A DNA stretch of 64,000 nucleotides from Sandaracinaceae bacterium (lineage in GTDB: Bacteria; Myxococcota_A; Polyangia; Polyangiales; Sandaracinaceae). The first letter of the stretch is position 1, and each line of letters starts with the position of its first letter. The translations under genes were made by a program, and so were the position numbers. Location of the stretch: contig JBGAQA010000002.1 in NCBI GenBank assembly GCA_044220955.1, positions 64,001 to 128,000 of the forward strand, given 5' to 3'. The notes below the pieces were generated by a model. The model had not been told where the DNA came from, ran no database searches, and saw only the letters and a program-made list of their open reading frames with translations. Of the stretch, positions 38,901 through 48,855 are shown in pieces.

Positions 38901-40151
38901 ATGGCGCTGAGCGGGCCCGTCGCCGATCCCGAGCTCTTCGGCGAGGCGCGCATCGCGGGCGCGGCGTTCGAGACGGCCGGCACGTCGATCACCGGCCTCG
39001 AGGCGCACGCCACGTTCAGCTCGCGCCGCGTGCTGCTCGACGCGCTGCACGCCGAGGTCGCCGGTGGGACGGTCGAGGCGACGGGCGAGGGCACCATCGA
39101 GGGTCGCGCGCTCTCGCGCTACGTGCTCGACGTGGCGGCGCGCGACCTCTCGCTGGCGCCGACCGACGGGCTCGAGGTGGTGCTGGGCACGGACGCGCGG
39201 CTCTCCTGGAGCCTCGGCGAGCGCCTGCCCACGCTGACGGGTGACGTGCGCGTCGCACGCCTGGCGTACACCCACAACATCGAGCTCGGCACGACGCTCG
39301 GCGAGATGACCCGAACCGAGCGGAGGGAGGTCACGAGCTACGACCCGGACGACGACCACGTCGACGTGGACCTCACCGTGCACCAGGACGAGCCCTTCCT
39401 GGTGCGCAACAACCTGATCGACGCGACGATCTCGATCGCGGACGACGACCGCCCCTTCCGCATCGTGGGGACCGACCAGCGCTACGGCATCGTCGGCGAC
39501 ATGCGCTTCTCGCGTGGACGCATCTTCTTCCGCAACGCCTCCTTCGAGATGCGCAACGGGGGCACGCTCGCGTTCGACAGCCACGAGCAGGTCGACCCGC
39601 ACTTCGACGTCCACGCGACGACCGAGATCCGGCGCAGCGGTGACCTCACGGCGCCGAGCTGGCGCGTGATGCTCGACGCGAGCGGCTCGCGCGACTCGTT
39701 CCGCATCGTGACGCGCAGCGACCCGGACCTGCCGCAGGAAGACATCCTCCTCCTCTTGACCATCGGCATGACGCGCATGGAGGCCGAGGCGCTTCGGGGC
39801 GGCGACCTCGGCGGCACCGCGGCCCTCGAGGCCCTGGCGGCGGTCACCGGCGTCGATCGCGAGGTGCGGCGCGCGCTCCCGGTGATCGACGAGTTCCGGC
39901 TGACGAGCGGGTACTCCGTGCGGGCGCTGCGCACCGTGCCGCAGGTCTCCATCGCCAAGCGCATCGCCGATCGCGTCCGCCTCTCGGCGACGACGGCGCT
40001 GAGCGAGACGCGCGAGTTCCGCGCGCAGGTCGAGGCACAGCTGACCGACACCACGAGCGTGCAGATCGGCTACGACAACTACAACCTCACGAGCGCCAGC
40101 TCCTTCGGCAACGTCGGCGCCGATCTGAGGTTCCGGCTCGAGTTCGAGTGA
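35901..40151 (+). CDS. tamB: TamB/AsmA-like translocation and assembly module protein
   Basis: N-terminal TM anchor, long beta-rich body, C-terminal DUF490-like region (VRNNL, SDPDLPQEDILLLL, GADLRFRLEFE). Confidence 0.82.
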   Translation: MGIERSLRRWRRWAAVLAVFAIGIPLLSAALIRSSGASGRVRELAIRAIHDELGLGATLGAVQIQLVPFGIVANDIALDDPVYGRLADADSLTIRPSILALLRGRLDIASIELDRASVRLVVAEGEIRNLPRIDTGDGGEGEITLPFHRFEIRDSVLVVDGDPDFEAELRGVSAEVTGEADHVIAVHAGATSGFVQHGQTRDELTTLSAVLEVARDHVHVADASLAIGPLAIAAHEAHIPLPFPEDPHAIVGLEGEVSVDYDVAHLRTIALPFTLPRFAGIVHVHASVVEDAGEHADVTIDVENGRIEQFGLGDHVHLVADVTPDRVEITEGLVDVQGAGGHVGLSGTLGLGAPFRTDVRATLDHLSFAHLMDQFEVSPGSIVEWIFEGTLDLHGSLADLDLEGPIDLRTHDFTVSANPYYERPLRTILAIPRGHFGGRWSIRDDAVRFSDIVADLPRSRIFGDVLLGFHNALGVEVRAEADMRDASPLAGFEFAGVGTASCHIDGTFQDPHVSGHIRLADFEFDGFRLGEVESDALLDPDGMAVTFPEVRATKRDSRYEITSLRLDFHPGGRRDRFELSGDLHMERMTLADFYHVFHFEDDERFTGYQGIARGDARLHYTHGFDTDSPNGTLTAEMLLGFETVSINGFAFEDGALGGAWRWYDWSQGYRGGELDVDHLELHKGAGVVTVAGQMRQGGSLRMFASADRLALRDLEGIGDTIEGLDGIAEATADIGGTAERMRVDLDASLTNVVYAGRTVGDARAYVRMTHDADPWITDALTWTTREDGTVEIPEGEACPLARLGLARATWRPDPPLHTVDGLQPSSNGPSAFLICGRGLDGQLDVDLAVGRTRELPLRGRVTIAGFDVTPYFPSSGEAGTEELAAATGQLGGRVSAEVVLTGGGMHDLEGLGGRLTVPEVEIRRGDLAFRNSAPIRVRIEDGVAHIERARIRGPGSIVRATGTVGVREGLGLQLDAEIDLGIATQLTRALDAASGTASMHMALSGPVADPELFGEARIAGAAFETAGTSITGLEAHATFSSRRVLLDALHAEVAGGTVEATGEGTIEGRALSRYVLDVAARDLSLAPTDGLEVVLGTDARLSWSLGERLPTLTGDVRVARLAYTHNIELGTTLGEMTRTERREVTSYDPDDDHVDVDLTVHQDEPFLVRNNLIDATISIADDDRPFRIVGTDQRYGIVGDMRFSRGRIFFRNASFEMRNGGTLAFDSHEQVDPHFDVHATTEIRRSGDLTAPSWRVMLDASGSRDSFRIVTRSDPDLPQEDILLLLTIGMTRMEAEALRGGDLGGTAALEALAAVTGVDREVRRALPVIDEFRLTSGYSVRALRTVPQVSIAKRIADRVRLSATTALSETREFRAQVEAQLTDTTSVQIGYDNYNLTSASSFGNVGADLRFRLEFE

Positions 40152-40927
40152 GGGTCGTGGGAGCGACGGCGTCTCGCTTCGACGATCGCGTCGCCGACTA
40201 CGTCCGGCACCGCCCGAGCTATCCGCCGGACGCGATCGACCTCGTCGTGCGCGTGCTCGGGCTCTCGCCGGGATCGGTGATCGCGGATCTCGGCTCGGGC
40301 ACCGGGATCTCGTCGGCGCTCTTGCTCGAACGGGGCGTGCACGTCCGCGCGGTCGAGCCGAACGGCCCGATGCGGGCGGCCGCGGAGGCGATGCTCGGAG
40401 CCCGCGAGGGCTTCTCGTCGCACGCAGGGACGGCCGAGCAGACCGGGCTGCCGGACGCGAGCGTCGACGCGATCGTCGCGGCGCAGGCGTTCCACTGGTT
40501 CGACCCGCGGCGGGTGCGCGCCGAGGCGCTCCGGATCCTGCGGCCCTCCGCGCGGGAGGCGACCGGCGCGCTGCTCTGGAACGCACGCCGCGCGTCGGGC
40601 ACCGCGTTCCTCGAGGGCTACGAGCGCCTCCTGCTCGAGAGGGCGACCGACTACGCGGCGGTGCGCCATCAGACCGTCGCGGCCTCGGACGCCATCGAGC
40701 GCTTCTTCGGACGCCCCGCGAAGCGGTGGTCGACACGCAACGTGCAGCGCTTCGACTGGGAGGGCCTGCGCGGACGCGCGGCGAGCTCGTCGTACGTGCC
40801 CGCCCCCGGCCACGCCGCGCACGACGCGTTCTACGCGGAGCTGCGCGCGCTCTTCGACCGCACGAACGACGACGCCCACGTCGCGTTCGAGTACGACGTG
40901 GACGTGTACTACGAGCGCATCGGCTGA
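40148..40927 (+). CDS. Class I SAM-dependent methyltransferase
   Basis: RPSYP, ADLGSGTG, AVEPN, AQAFHWF, SSSY. Confidence 0.9.
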   Translation: MRVVGATASRFDDRVADYVRHRPSYPPDAIDLVVRVLGLSPGSVIADLGSGTGISSALLLERGVHVRAVEPNGPMRAAAEAMLGAREGFSSHAGTAEQTGLPDASVDAIVAAQAFHWFDPRRVRAEALRILRPSAREATGALLWNARRASGTAFLEGYERLLLERATDYAAVRHQTVAASDAIERFFGRPAKRWSTRNVQRFDWEGLRGRAASSSYVPAPGHAAHDAFYAELRALFDRTNDDAHVAFEYDVDVYYERIG

Positions 40928-40948
40928 CGACGAGGGGCGCGCTCGCGC

Positions 40949-40995
40949 TCGAACGCGCGCGCCCCCCGGGCCGGACCCGGAGGGCGCGCGTCGAG
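40949..40995. terminator. GC-rich hairpin between convergent genes
   Basis: CTCGA.CGCGCGC..CCGGG / CCCGG..GCGCGCG.TCGAG imperfect stem; no U-tract. Confidence 0.4.
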
Positions 40996-41008
40996 CCCCC
41001 GAGAGAGG

Positions 41009-42979
41009 TCAGCTCTGGCCGTCGCCGGTCGAGTCGAGCACGAAGGGGTAGTTCACGCCGACGACGCCGCCGCCATCGGGCGCGGGGAAGGTCCAGCGAC
41101 GCACCGCCGACACGATGCAGCCCTCGACGCTCGCGTTGCTCAAGGTCGAGCTCATGAGGCCCGAGGACGCCACCGCGCCCGTCTGCGAGATGATGAAGCT
41201 GACCGTCACGCGGCCAGCGAGGTCGGGACGCTGCGAGAGCTCCTGCTCGTAGCAGAAGCGCACCTCGTTGATGTGGCGGCGGATGGTGCGGCGGATGACC
41301 TCGCGCGAGAGCGAGCCGTGCACGTCCGCATCGCCCGTGCGGATGTGCGGGACGTGCCGGGGCGGGCCGCCATGGAAGTCCCCGACGCCGTCGCCGTAGC
41401 CGTTGCCCGGACCGGTGCCCGCGCCGTGGCCGATGGTGCCGAGGCGTCCGAGACCGATCGTCCCGAGGCCAGTGCCGCCGCCCCCGCGGCCGGTGCCGCT
41501 CGGCCCCAGGCCCCCGAAGCCGAAGTTCGCGCCCGTCTGGTCGCCCATGAGGGCGCCGAGCGCGCTCAGCGGGTCCGAGCCGATGGCGGTGTCCGCGCCA
41601 TAGGGCGACGTCGGCGACGAGAAGGCGCCCGCCTGGACGAGCAGGGAGCCGAGCACGCTGGCCGCGTGCTGGGCCTCGTCACGCGCGCGCTCGCGCGCCA
41701 GCTGCGGTTCCGTCGCGTCGCCCTCGATCCCGTAGCGGTGCGTCGTGTGCTCGTTCGCCTCGTCGCCCATCGAGCCGGACTCGTCTGCGGCCGCCTGGCC
41801 CGTCCCGCCCTCGGACTCCGAGGGGTTGCTCTGGTCGACCCAGTCGGGCGGCGGATCGTCGACCGACGCAGGCGGCGTCATCAGGTACTGCACGAGCCGG
41901 TCGTCCGGGCGCACGAGATCGAGCGAGAGCGCGGAGGCGCTCGGCGGCATGAAGTAGAACATCAGCAGGAACGCCGCGTGGACCGCGAGGGAGATGCCCG
42001 TCCAGAGCTGGGCGCGGTAGCTCGTCTCGACCTCCGCGCCGACGCGCCGCCCCGCCGACGTCGCCCTGGTCACGAAGGTGAACCCGTGGAAGCGCACGGT
42101 GGCCGTCGCCCCCTGAGGGAGCACGTACTGCTCGGCCCCGGGGAGCGCCGGGCACGCCGTCAGCTTGCCCGATGCGCGCAGGGCCTCGATCGACTGCGCG
42201 TCCTCGCCGACGCGCACTTCACCCGTCCCGCCCGCGGGGATCACCGCCGCGACGTTGCCGCCCGACTCGACGGTGAGGGGCATCCGATCGCCGCCGAGGG
42301 CCAGGCCGTCGATCACGAAGTCGGGCATCGCGCCCGCGGCGCCAGGCTCACCGATCGTGAAGGCGCGCGGCGGCGAGAGGTGCGCGACGTGGAGCACGCT
42401 GCGCTCGCCCCAGAGGATCACCACCTCGGCCGCGATCGCCATCGTCTCGACGTCGGCGGGGTTCAGCGCGGGGCCGCTCGCGGCGATGCCGTACTCCACC
42501 TCGCCGGCCTCCTCGACCTCGGGTGCCACCGTGATCGGCGCGGCCGGCGCGGCAAAGGGATTCGGGAGGATCGGACGGGGCGCCGCGATCGGCGGCAGGC
42601 CCGCGGCGAACGTCGCCGCCGGTCGCGCGATCTCGGGCGCCGGAGCCGCGGTCGCGGCGCTCGCGGTGGCTCGCGCCACCTCGACGACCACGCGCGCGCC
42701 GCCGAGGACGATCTCGTCGCCGCTCTCGAGCCGGGCCTTGTTCACCTTCTTCCCGTTCACGATCGTGCCCGTGGCCGACCCGAGGTCGATGACGTGCACC
42801 TCGCGCTCGCCCGAGACCTCGATCACCGCGTGCATGCGCGAGACGTTCTCGTCGTCGATGCGCAGGTGGCTCGACGGCAGCTTCCCGATCTTGACGATGT
42901 CCTGTCGAAGCACCTCCGTGCGGACCGGCTCGCCGGGCCGGTGGACGTGGAACGTGAGCGTCGTCTCTGCGTGTGACAT
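41009..42979 (-). CDS. gltG: GltG/PglI-like gliding motility protein (FHA, TM, TonB_C/AgmX C-terminal domain)
   Basis: DIVKIGKLPSSHLRIDDENVSRMHAVIE..DLGS..GT.VNG FHA; TM with His; EVRFCYE..WTFPAP.GGG.V.VNYPF. Confidence 0.8.
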   Translation of the reverse strand: MSHAETTLTFHVHRPGEPVRTEVLRQDIVKIGKLPSSHLRIDDENVSRMHAVIEVSGEREVHVIDLGSATGTIVNGKKVNKARLESGDEIVLGGARVVVEVARATASAATAAPAPEIARPAATFAAGLPPIAAPRPILPNPFAAPAAPITVAPEVEEAGEVEYGIAASGPALNPADVETMAIAAEVVILWGERSVLHVAHLSPPRAFTIGEPGAAGAMPDFVIDGLALGGDRMPLTVESGGNVAAVIPAGGTGEVRVGEDAQSIEALRASGKLTACPALPGAEQYVLPQGATATVRFHGFTFVTRATSAGRRVGAEVETSYRAQLWTGISLAVHAAFLLMFYFMPPSASALSLDLVRPDDRLVQYLMTPPASVDDPPPDWVDQSNPSESEGGTGQAAADESGSMGDEANEHTTHRYGIEGDATEPQLARERARDEAQHAASVLGSLLVQAGAFSSPTSPYGADTAIGSDPLSALGALMGDQTGANFGFGGLGPSGTGRGGGGTGLGTIGLGRLGTIGHGAGTGPGNGYGDGVGDFHGGPPRHVPHIRTGDADVHGSLSREVIRRTIRRHINEVRFCYEQELSQRPDLAGRVTVSFIISQTGAVASSGLMSSTLSNASVEGCIVSAVRRWTFPAPDGGGVVGVNYPFVLDSTGDGQS

Positions 42980-43177
42980 GGGCTTCCTCCGGGCGGATCG
43001 GTGCGGCCGCCGCGAGCCCACCTGGGCCCGGACGCCGAACTCTCGGGGCGGGGACGGCTCGCATCCCTCACCCTCGGCGTCATGGACACCGACGTTCCGG
43101 CGAAGTTCCTCGGGAACTTCTGCGAGGTCCGTCGCGAGCGGCGCTCGTGACTCTGCCCGATGGGGTAAGGTGCGCGG

Positions 43178-44671
43178 ATGCGACGACGCCGTGGCTGGGT
43201 GGCGATCGGGGTGGCCGCCGTCCTGGCGCTCGCGGTGTGGGCGTGGCGCCGGTCGATCCCGGACGGGTTCGTGGTCGAGGTGCGCGCCCGGGACGACGGA
43301 ACCGCCCTCGTGGTGCTGCGCCACAACGAGGACAGCGGTCCGGCGCGGTACTGGCTGGTCCTGCTCGGCCGCGACGGCGATGCGAGGGGCTGGGCCGCGC
43401 TCGACGCCGAGATCGAGACGAGCTCGGGCTCGCCGACGCTGGCGCTCGACGGCGACGTCGTGATGGTGCGCGGGATCGCCGCCGGTCGCGACGTGGTCGA
43501 GGCCTACGCGCTGCCCTCGCTGACGCCCGGCTGGCGGACCGACCTCGGCGCGGTGCTGGCCGGGCGCATGGTGCCCGACCTGGGCCTCTACCTCGCGGGC
43601 GAGCAGCTCTACGCACCGCGCGATCTCGGTGATGGGGACGGCCAGGCCGCAGGCTCGGTCGTGGTGGCGCTCGATCCGGCCTCGGGCGCCGAGCGATGGC
43701 GGGCGGAGCTCCCCGTGGAGGTCATGGGCGTCTCGGCGCCGCGGATCATCGGCGCGAGCGTCGTGTTCGTCGCCGGCGGCGGATCGGTCGCGCTCGAGCG
43801 CGAGACCGGCAGCGTCGTGCGGCGGTTCGACCTGGGTGGGCTGGCCTGCGCGTCGTCCACGGGTCGCGTCGCGTCGATGTCGGCCGAGGGCTTCGTCGAG
43901 GCGGTGCCCGGATCGTCCGATCGCCTCCTCTTGCCGCGCGCCGAGATCCAGGCGCACGCCCCCGACGGCGTCGGCGCCGGGCACCGCTGCGGCAGTCGCG
44001 ACGGGCGTCACGTCTTCACGCCGATCTCGTTCGCCTGGACGGGCCTGGTCGGGGTCGACGAGGCGGGGACGCGCCCCGCGTGGTGGCTGACCCTCCCGTC
44101 GCTGAACTTCCAGGAGATCGTCCAGGGACGGCCCACCTTCCGCTGGCCCGAGCAGACGCCGCTCACCGGCTCCCTGACGCGCTACGTGCCGTTCGTCGTC
44201 GAGCCGGCCGAGCCGGTGGACGAGCCGACCGGCACGCCTTGCTTCCTCGCCGTGGCCGACCTCGACGCGCACCGGCTCGTCTCGCTCTCGGCCGGATCGC
44301 CCATGCTGCTGCACTACGGCATCGTCACGGTCGACGGCCGTCACTACGTCGCGACCTCGAGCGAGATCGCCGTCGTGGACGGCGCCACGGGTGAGCTGGG
44401 CGCGGCCGTGCACGTCGAGGGCTGGAACCGGGAGTGGGTCGCGCCGACCGTGGTCGCCGGTGGGCGTCTCTGGCTGGTGGGGAGCGACTGGGCGGGCGTG
44501 CACGAGCTGCCGGTGGCGATCCTCGACGCCACCACGCTGGCGCCGATCACGGTGCGCGGAGAGATCTCGGTCGCCCAGAACCTCGACGCGGCGCGCGCCC
44601 GGCTGCTCGGCCCCGCCCCTCCGGAGGCGCCGCCCGGCACGCTCGGGTCCTCGCCGGCCGCGATGCCCTGA
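43178..44671 (+). CDS. Membrane-anchored PQQ-like beta-propeller protein
   Basis: N-terminal TM; ALDPASGAERW, ALERETG, VVDGATG, ILDATTL repeats. Confidence 0.65.
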   Translation: MRRRRGWVAIGVAAVLALAVWAWRRSIPDGFVVEVRARDDGTALVVLRHNEDSGPARYWLVLLGRDGDARGWAALDAEIETSSGSPTLALDGDVVMVRGIAAGRDVVEAYALPSLTPGWRTDLGAVLAGRMVPDLGLYLAGEQLYAPRDLGDGDGQAAGSVVVALDPASGAERWRAELPVEVMGVSAPRIIGASVVFVAGGGSVALERETGSVVRRFDLGGLACASSTGRVASMSAEGFVEAVPGSSDRLLLPRAEIQAHAPDGVGAGHRCGSRDGRHVFTPISFAWTGLVGVDEAGTRPAWWLTLPSLNFQEIVQGRPTFRWPEQTPLTGSLTRYVPFVVEPAEPVDEPTGTPCFLAVADLDAHRLVSLSAGSPMLLHYGIVTVDGRHYVATSSEIAVVDGATGELGAAVHVEGWNREWVAPTVVAGGRLWLVGSDWAGVHELPVAILDATTLAPITVRGEISVAQNLDAARARLLGPAPPEAPPGTLGSSPAAMP

Positions 44672-44692
44672 GCGCGAGGGGCGGCGTCCGCG

Positions 44693-44989
44693 TCACCACG
44701 TCGTCCAGCGCCAGACGCCGGGCACGAGCGTGGCGCGCGCGGTGCACCCGGCGCCGCTCTCCGAGAAGCGGTACGGGCGCGGACAGGCGCGACGATCCTC
44801 CGACATGCGGCAGACGTGCGTCACGTCCGCGATCTGACCGTAGTGGCCCCCGGCCCCTTCGCAGATCTCGCGGTACGACACGCACGCGCCGCGCAGCCCG
44901 AGCAGCGGACCGGCGAACACGAGGAGGAAGAGCCCGAGCGTGCGCAGCGAGCGCTGCCTGGACGTGAGCTCGGGCTTCGTGTCGGCCAT
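44693..44989 (-). CDS. Small Cys-containing membrane protein
   Basis: GGAG ribosome-binding site; TM helix then a Cys-rich segment. Confidence 0.6.
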   Translation of the reverse strand: MADTKPELTSRQRSLRTLGLFLLVFAGPLLGLRGACVSYREICEGAGGHYGQIADVTHVCRMSEDRRACPRPYRFSESGAGCTARATLVPGVWRWTTW

Positions 44990-45000
44990 CGGATGCTCCT

Positions 45001-46734
45001 TCAGCGCCTGCGGCGCAAGAGGTTCAGGATCGGCGAGAGGCGCAGCGAGAGCCCGCGGCCGAGCCAGTGCCAGAACCAGGTGACGACCCAGCCGGAGATC
45101 GCCGAGACGAAGAACGCCGCGAACAGGGCGATGCGCAGCCACTCGATGGGCGTCTCCCAGCCGGTCGGGACGACGAGGCCCGCGCCGATGCTCATCGAGG
45201 CCGCGAAGATCGAGACCGCGATGCGCGTCGCGCTGTCGTGGATCCGGTCCGGCAGCTGGTCGAGGCTGGGCGTGATCGGGCGGACCTGGAGGTTTCCGGT
45301 CTGGAAGTCGTGGAGGATCTGGTCGACGTGCGTCGGCACCGTGCGGAGCAGCGAGGCCGCGCCGGTCGCGCCGCCGAGCGCGTTCTCGACCATCTTGCCG
45401 GGCTGCCAGCGCTCGGTGAACACGGCCTCGACGTGCGGCCGGATCAGCGGGATCACGTCGAGGTCGGGGTCGAGGGCCCGGACGAGGCCCTCGACGGTGC
45501 CGGCGGCCTTCACGAGGACCGAGTACTCGGTCGCCAGGCGCACGCGGTACTTGCCCACGGCGCGCGCGAACTCCTCGATGAACGCCTGGCTGTCGAAGTC
45601 CGACAGCGCGCTCACCATCACGTGGTCGCTGCGCACGCGTGTGATGTCGGCCTTGAGCTCGGCGATGTCGACGCGCTGCGTGGGCGTGCCGAGCTTGAGG
45701 AGCACGCGCGCGACGGTCGACGCGTCGTTCAGGATGGTCGCGAGCACGAGCGTCACGAGATCCTCGCGTTGCTCGGGGGAGAGCGTGCCGACGAGGCCGA
45801 GATCGATCAGGCAGACCGTGCCGTCCTGCGCGACGAGGATGTTCCCCGCGTGCGGGTCGCCGTGGAAGAAGCCGTCGACGAGCACGCCCTTGCACATCGC
45901 GTGGATGAGCTCGGTCACCGCGGCCCGCGCCTCCGGCGAGCGCGGCACGAGGTCGCGCACCGGCTTGCCCTCGAAGTAGTGCATCGTCAGCACGGTCCGC
46001 GAGCTCAGCTCGGGGATCGGCTCCGGAACGACGACCTTGCGCGCCGGGTCGAGCAGGCGGCGCATCGTGATCAGGCTCGCGAGCTCGCTGGTGAACGAGA
46101 GCTCGCGCAGCAGGCTCTTCTCGAACTCCTGGATGATCGCCGAGGGCTGGATGAGCTTGAGCTCGTCGATGCTCGCCTCGAGCGCGCGGGCCGCGAAGAA
46201 GAGCAGGTCGAGGTCGCCGCGCATCTTGGTGCCGATCCCGGGGCGCTGGACCTTCACGACGACCTTCAGGCCGTCCTTCGTCGTCGCGCGATGCGTCTGG
46301 CCGATGGAGGCCGTCGCGAGCGGCGTCTCGTCGAACGACGCGAAGATCTCCCGGGGCGGATGGCCGAGCGCCTTCTCGATCTGCTCCTCGACCTCGGCCA
46401 GCGTGATGGGGGGCGCCTTGTCTTGGAGCTTGCCGAGCGCCTTGATCCAGTCCGCTGGCAGCAAGTCCGAGCGCATCGAGAGGACCTGGCCGAGCTTGAT
46501 GTAGGTCGGCCCGAGCTCGCCGAGCAGGCGCGCGAAGCGCTCGGCAGCCGTACCCTCGACCTTCGCCGCGACGACGCTCCGCGGGACGAACGGCGAGGCG
46601 AACGGGACCTTGAGCACCAGCTCTCCGAAGCCGTGGCGCATGGCCACCTGCACGACCTCGCGCGCGCGAGCCGCATCGCGGATCGCGACGCCGAGGACCG
46701 ACGTGGTCTCGTCGGCGGTGGAGTCGGCGGCCAT
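45001..46734 (-). CDS. ABC1/UbiB/AarF-family atypical kinase
   Basis: LGPTYIKLGQ, ATASIGQTH, VKVQRP, FFHGDPHAGN, IDLG. Confidence 0.93.
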   Translation of the reverse strand: MAADSTADETTSVLGVAIRDAARAREVVQVAMRHGFGELVLKVPFASPFVPRSVVAAKVEGTAAERFARLLGELGPTYIKLGQVLSMRSDLLPADWIKALGKLQDKAPPITLAEVEEQIEKALGHPPREIFASFDETPLATASIGQTHRATTKDGLKVVVKVQRPGIGTKMRGDLDLLFFAARALEASIDELKLIQPSAIIQEFEKSLLRELSFTSELASLITMRRLLDPARKVVVPEPIPELSSRTVLTMHYFEGKPVRDLVPRSPEARAAVTELIHAMCKGVLVDGFFHGDPHAGNILVAQDGTVCLIDLGLVGTLSPEQREDLVTLVLATILNDASTVARVLLKLGTPTQRVDIAELKADITRVRSDHVMVSALSDFDSQAFIEEFARAVGKYRVRLATEYSVLVKAAGTVEGLVRALDPDLDVIPLIRPHVEAVFTERWQPGKMVENALGGATGAASLLRTVPTHVDQILHDFQTGNLQVRPITPSLDQLPDRIHDSATRIAVSIFAASMSIGAGLVVPTGWETPIEWLRIALFAAFFVSAISGWVVTWFWHWLGRGLSLRLSPILNLLRRRR

Positions 46735-46795
46735 GCGATCCGGACGCTACCACGGCGCGCCCAGGGCCCCGAGATGTGCCAAGCTGATCGCGTCG

Positions 46796-47911
46796 ATGCG
46801 CTCGTTCTCGCTGGTCGCGACGATGTTCTCGCTGATCGCGTGTGCGCGCGCGAACCCGATCCCGCACGGAGACGCGGGCCCGCGGCTCGACGGCGGGCCC
46901 GGCGCCGATGCGTTCGTGCCCGGCGCCGACGCGTTCGTGCCTCCGAACGACGCTTTCGTGCCCGGCGTCGACGCTTTCGTGCCCCCGAACGACGCTTTCG
47001 TGACGGGCACCCGCGCATACCTCGATCGGTGCAGCGCGCCGTCGGACTGCGCGAGCGGCCTCTGCGCGGTCGATCGTGGCGGCTCGCGCTTCTGCTCGCG
47101 CAGCTGCGCGAGCGATCTGCAGTGCGCGCACGAGCACGTCTGTGTCACGAGCGCGAGCGGGGGCGTCTGCCTTCCTGACGACACGGGCGCGCCCTGCTCG
47201 GTCGGCACGCCCGAGACGTGCAACCTCGGGCTCTGCCTCGGGTCCGCCGCGGGGGGCCGCTGCACGCGTGACTGCTCGAGCGCAGCCGACTGCCCGGCGG
47301 GCTACGCATGCTCCCACGTCGCCGGCTCGAGCCGGCGCGTCTGCATCGACATCGAGCAGCCGTGCAGCGGCGCGGCGGACTGCGGCGGCGGGTTCTGCAC
47401 GACCTTCGGCTGCACTGCGCCCTGCGACAGCCCGGCCGACTGCCCGGCGCGCCTGCCCGCGACCTCGACCGCCCCCGCCTTCCCGGCGTACGCGTGCGAC
47501 ACGTCGCTCGGGTCGGCCGTGCCCATCTGCATCCCGCCCGCCGACGTCGTGGGCAGCGTGCCGATCGGAGGCAGCTGCGCCGTGACCAACGCGTGCCGCA
47601 GCGACGCGTGCGACACGAGCGCGCCGCTCGGCGCGATGTGCACGCAGGCCTGCACGGCCCAGGGCGGCTGCGGGCCAGGCCTGGGCTGCACCCCGCTCGT
47701 CGACGGCGCGGACATCCTGCTCGTCTGCGAGCGCGCCGGCTCGGCGGGGCTGACCCAGACGTGCAACCACGGCTACGAGTGCGCGAGCGGCATCTGCGAC
47801 GGGAGCGGCGCCGTCGGCCACTGCACGCGCCTGTGCGCCGACGGCATCTGCCCGACCGGCTACACGTGCCAGTCGATCGCCGGCTTCGGCATCTCGCTCT
47901 GCCGCCCCTGA
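46796..47911 (+). CDS. Cys-rich lipoprotein
   Basis: LIAC lipobox; repeated C..DC.SG.C / CTR.C modules. Confidence 0.8.
   Translation: MRSFSLVATMFSLIACARANPIPHGDAGPRLDGGPGADAFVPGADAFVPPNDAFVPGVDAFVPPNDAFVTGTRAYLDRCSAPSDCASGLCAVDRGGSRFCSRSCASDLQCAHEHVCVTSASGGVCLPDDTGAPCSVGTPETCNLGLCLGSAAGGRCTRDCSSAADCPAGYACSHVAGSSRRVCIDIEQPCSGAADCGGGFCTTFGCTAPCDSPADCPARLPATSTAPAFPAYACDTSLGSAVPICIPPADVVGSVPIGGSCAVTNACRSDACDTSAPLGAMCTQACTAQGGCGPGLGCTPLVDGADILLVCERAGSAGLTQTCNHGYECASGICDGSGAVGHCTRLCADGICPTGYTCQSIAGFGISLCRP
46907..47002 (+). repeat. 21-bp tandem repeat (~4.6 copies) encoding DAFVP(GA/PN/GV)
   Basis: GAyGCnTTCGTGCC units at 21-bp spacing. Confidence 0.85.
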
Positions 47912-47954
47912 AACGACGGAGCCCGGTGCGGACCTCCGCGCTATCATCGTGACG

Positions 47955-48773
47955 ATGACGGGTGTGTCCGAGCCGGTCCGCGCGGCGCACGATGCGATGA
48001 AGCGTCACGCGTGGGCCGAGGCGCTCGGGAGCTTCGCGTCGGCCGACGCGGCAGGGGTGCTCTCGCCGCACGACCTGCGCACCTATGCGGACGCGGCGCA
48101 GTGGTGCGCGCGCATGGATCTCGTCGGCGATCTGAACGAGCGCGCCTTCGCCGGGCTCAGCGCAGAGGGTGATCGTGCGCGCGCTGCGGAGGTCGCGCTC
48201 GGGCTCTCGAGCCACCACGTCCACCAGCGCGAGAACGCGATCGCTTCCGGGTGGGTGCGACGCGCCGAGCGCCTGCTCGCCGGCCAGCCGGAGTGCGTCG
48301 CGCACGGACAGCTCGCGTGGACGCGCTCGATGATCGCGCAGTCGAAGGGAGCGCTCGACGAAGCGCTGCGCCATGCGTCCGAGGCGCTCGCGATCGCGGA
48401 GCGCACCGGCGATCGCGACTCGCTGGCGATGGCGCTGCTCCGCCGCGGCCGCGTGCTGGTGAAGCTCGGCAAGGTCGCCGAGGGGATGGCGGACGTGGAC
48501 GAGGCGATGGTCGCGGCGGTGAGCGGCGAGCTCACGCCCTTCGTCACCGGCAGGATCTACTGCGCGACGATCGACGCTTGCCACGACCTCTGCGACTACG
48601 ACCGCGCCGGCGAGTGGACCGAGGCCGCGCGGCGCTGGTGCGAGCGCAAGTCGATCACGGGCTTCCCCGGCATCTGCCGCGTGCACCGCGCGGAGATCCT
48701 CCGACTACGCGGCAACTTCCGCGAGCGCAGCGCCGACGAGCTCTGCGCGGATCTGCGCGCCGCGTCGGCGTAG
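47955..48773 (+). pseudogene. Probably truncated TPR-type N-terminus of a LuxR/cyclase-family regulator
   Basis: ASGWVRRAERLL, VDEAMVA, IYCATID, EWT..RWC, CRVHRAE; stops without an output domain. Confidence 0.55.
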
Positions 48774-48855
48774 CCGACACGCCCGCGCCGGTCGGGCCTG
48801 CCCTAAGGTGGCCCCACCGATCACCTCAGTCGGTCCGTCGATGGGGGGGCGTCGT

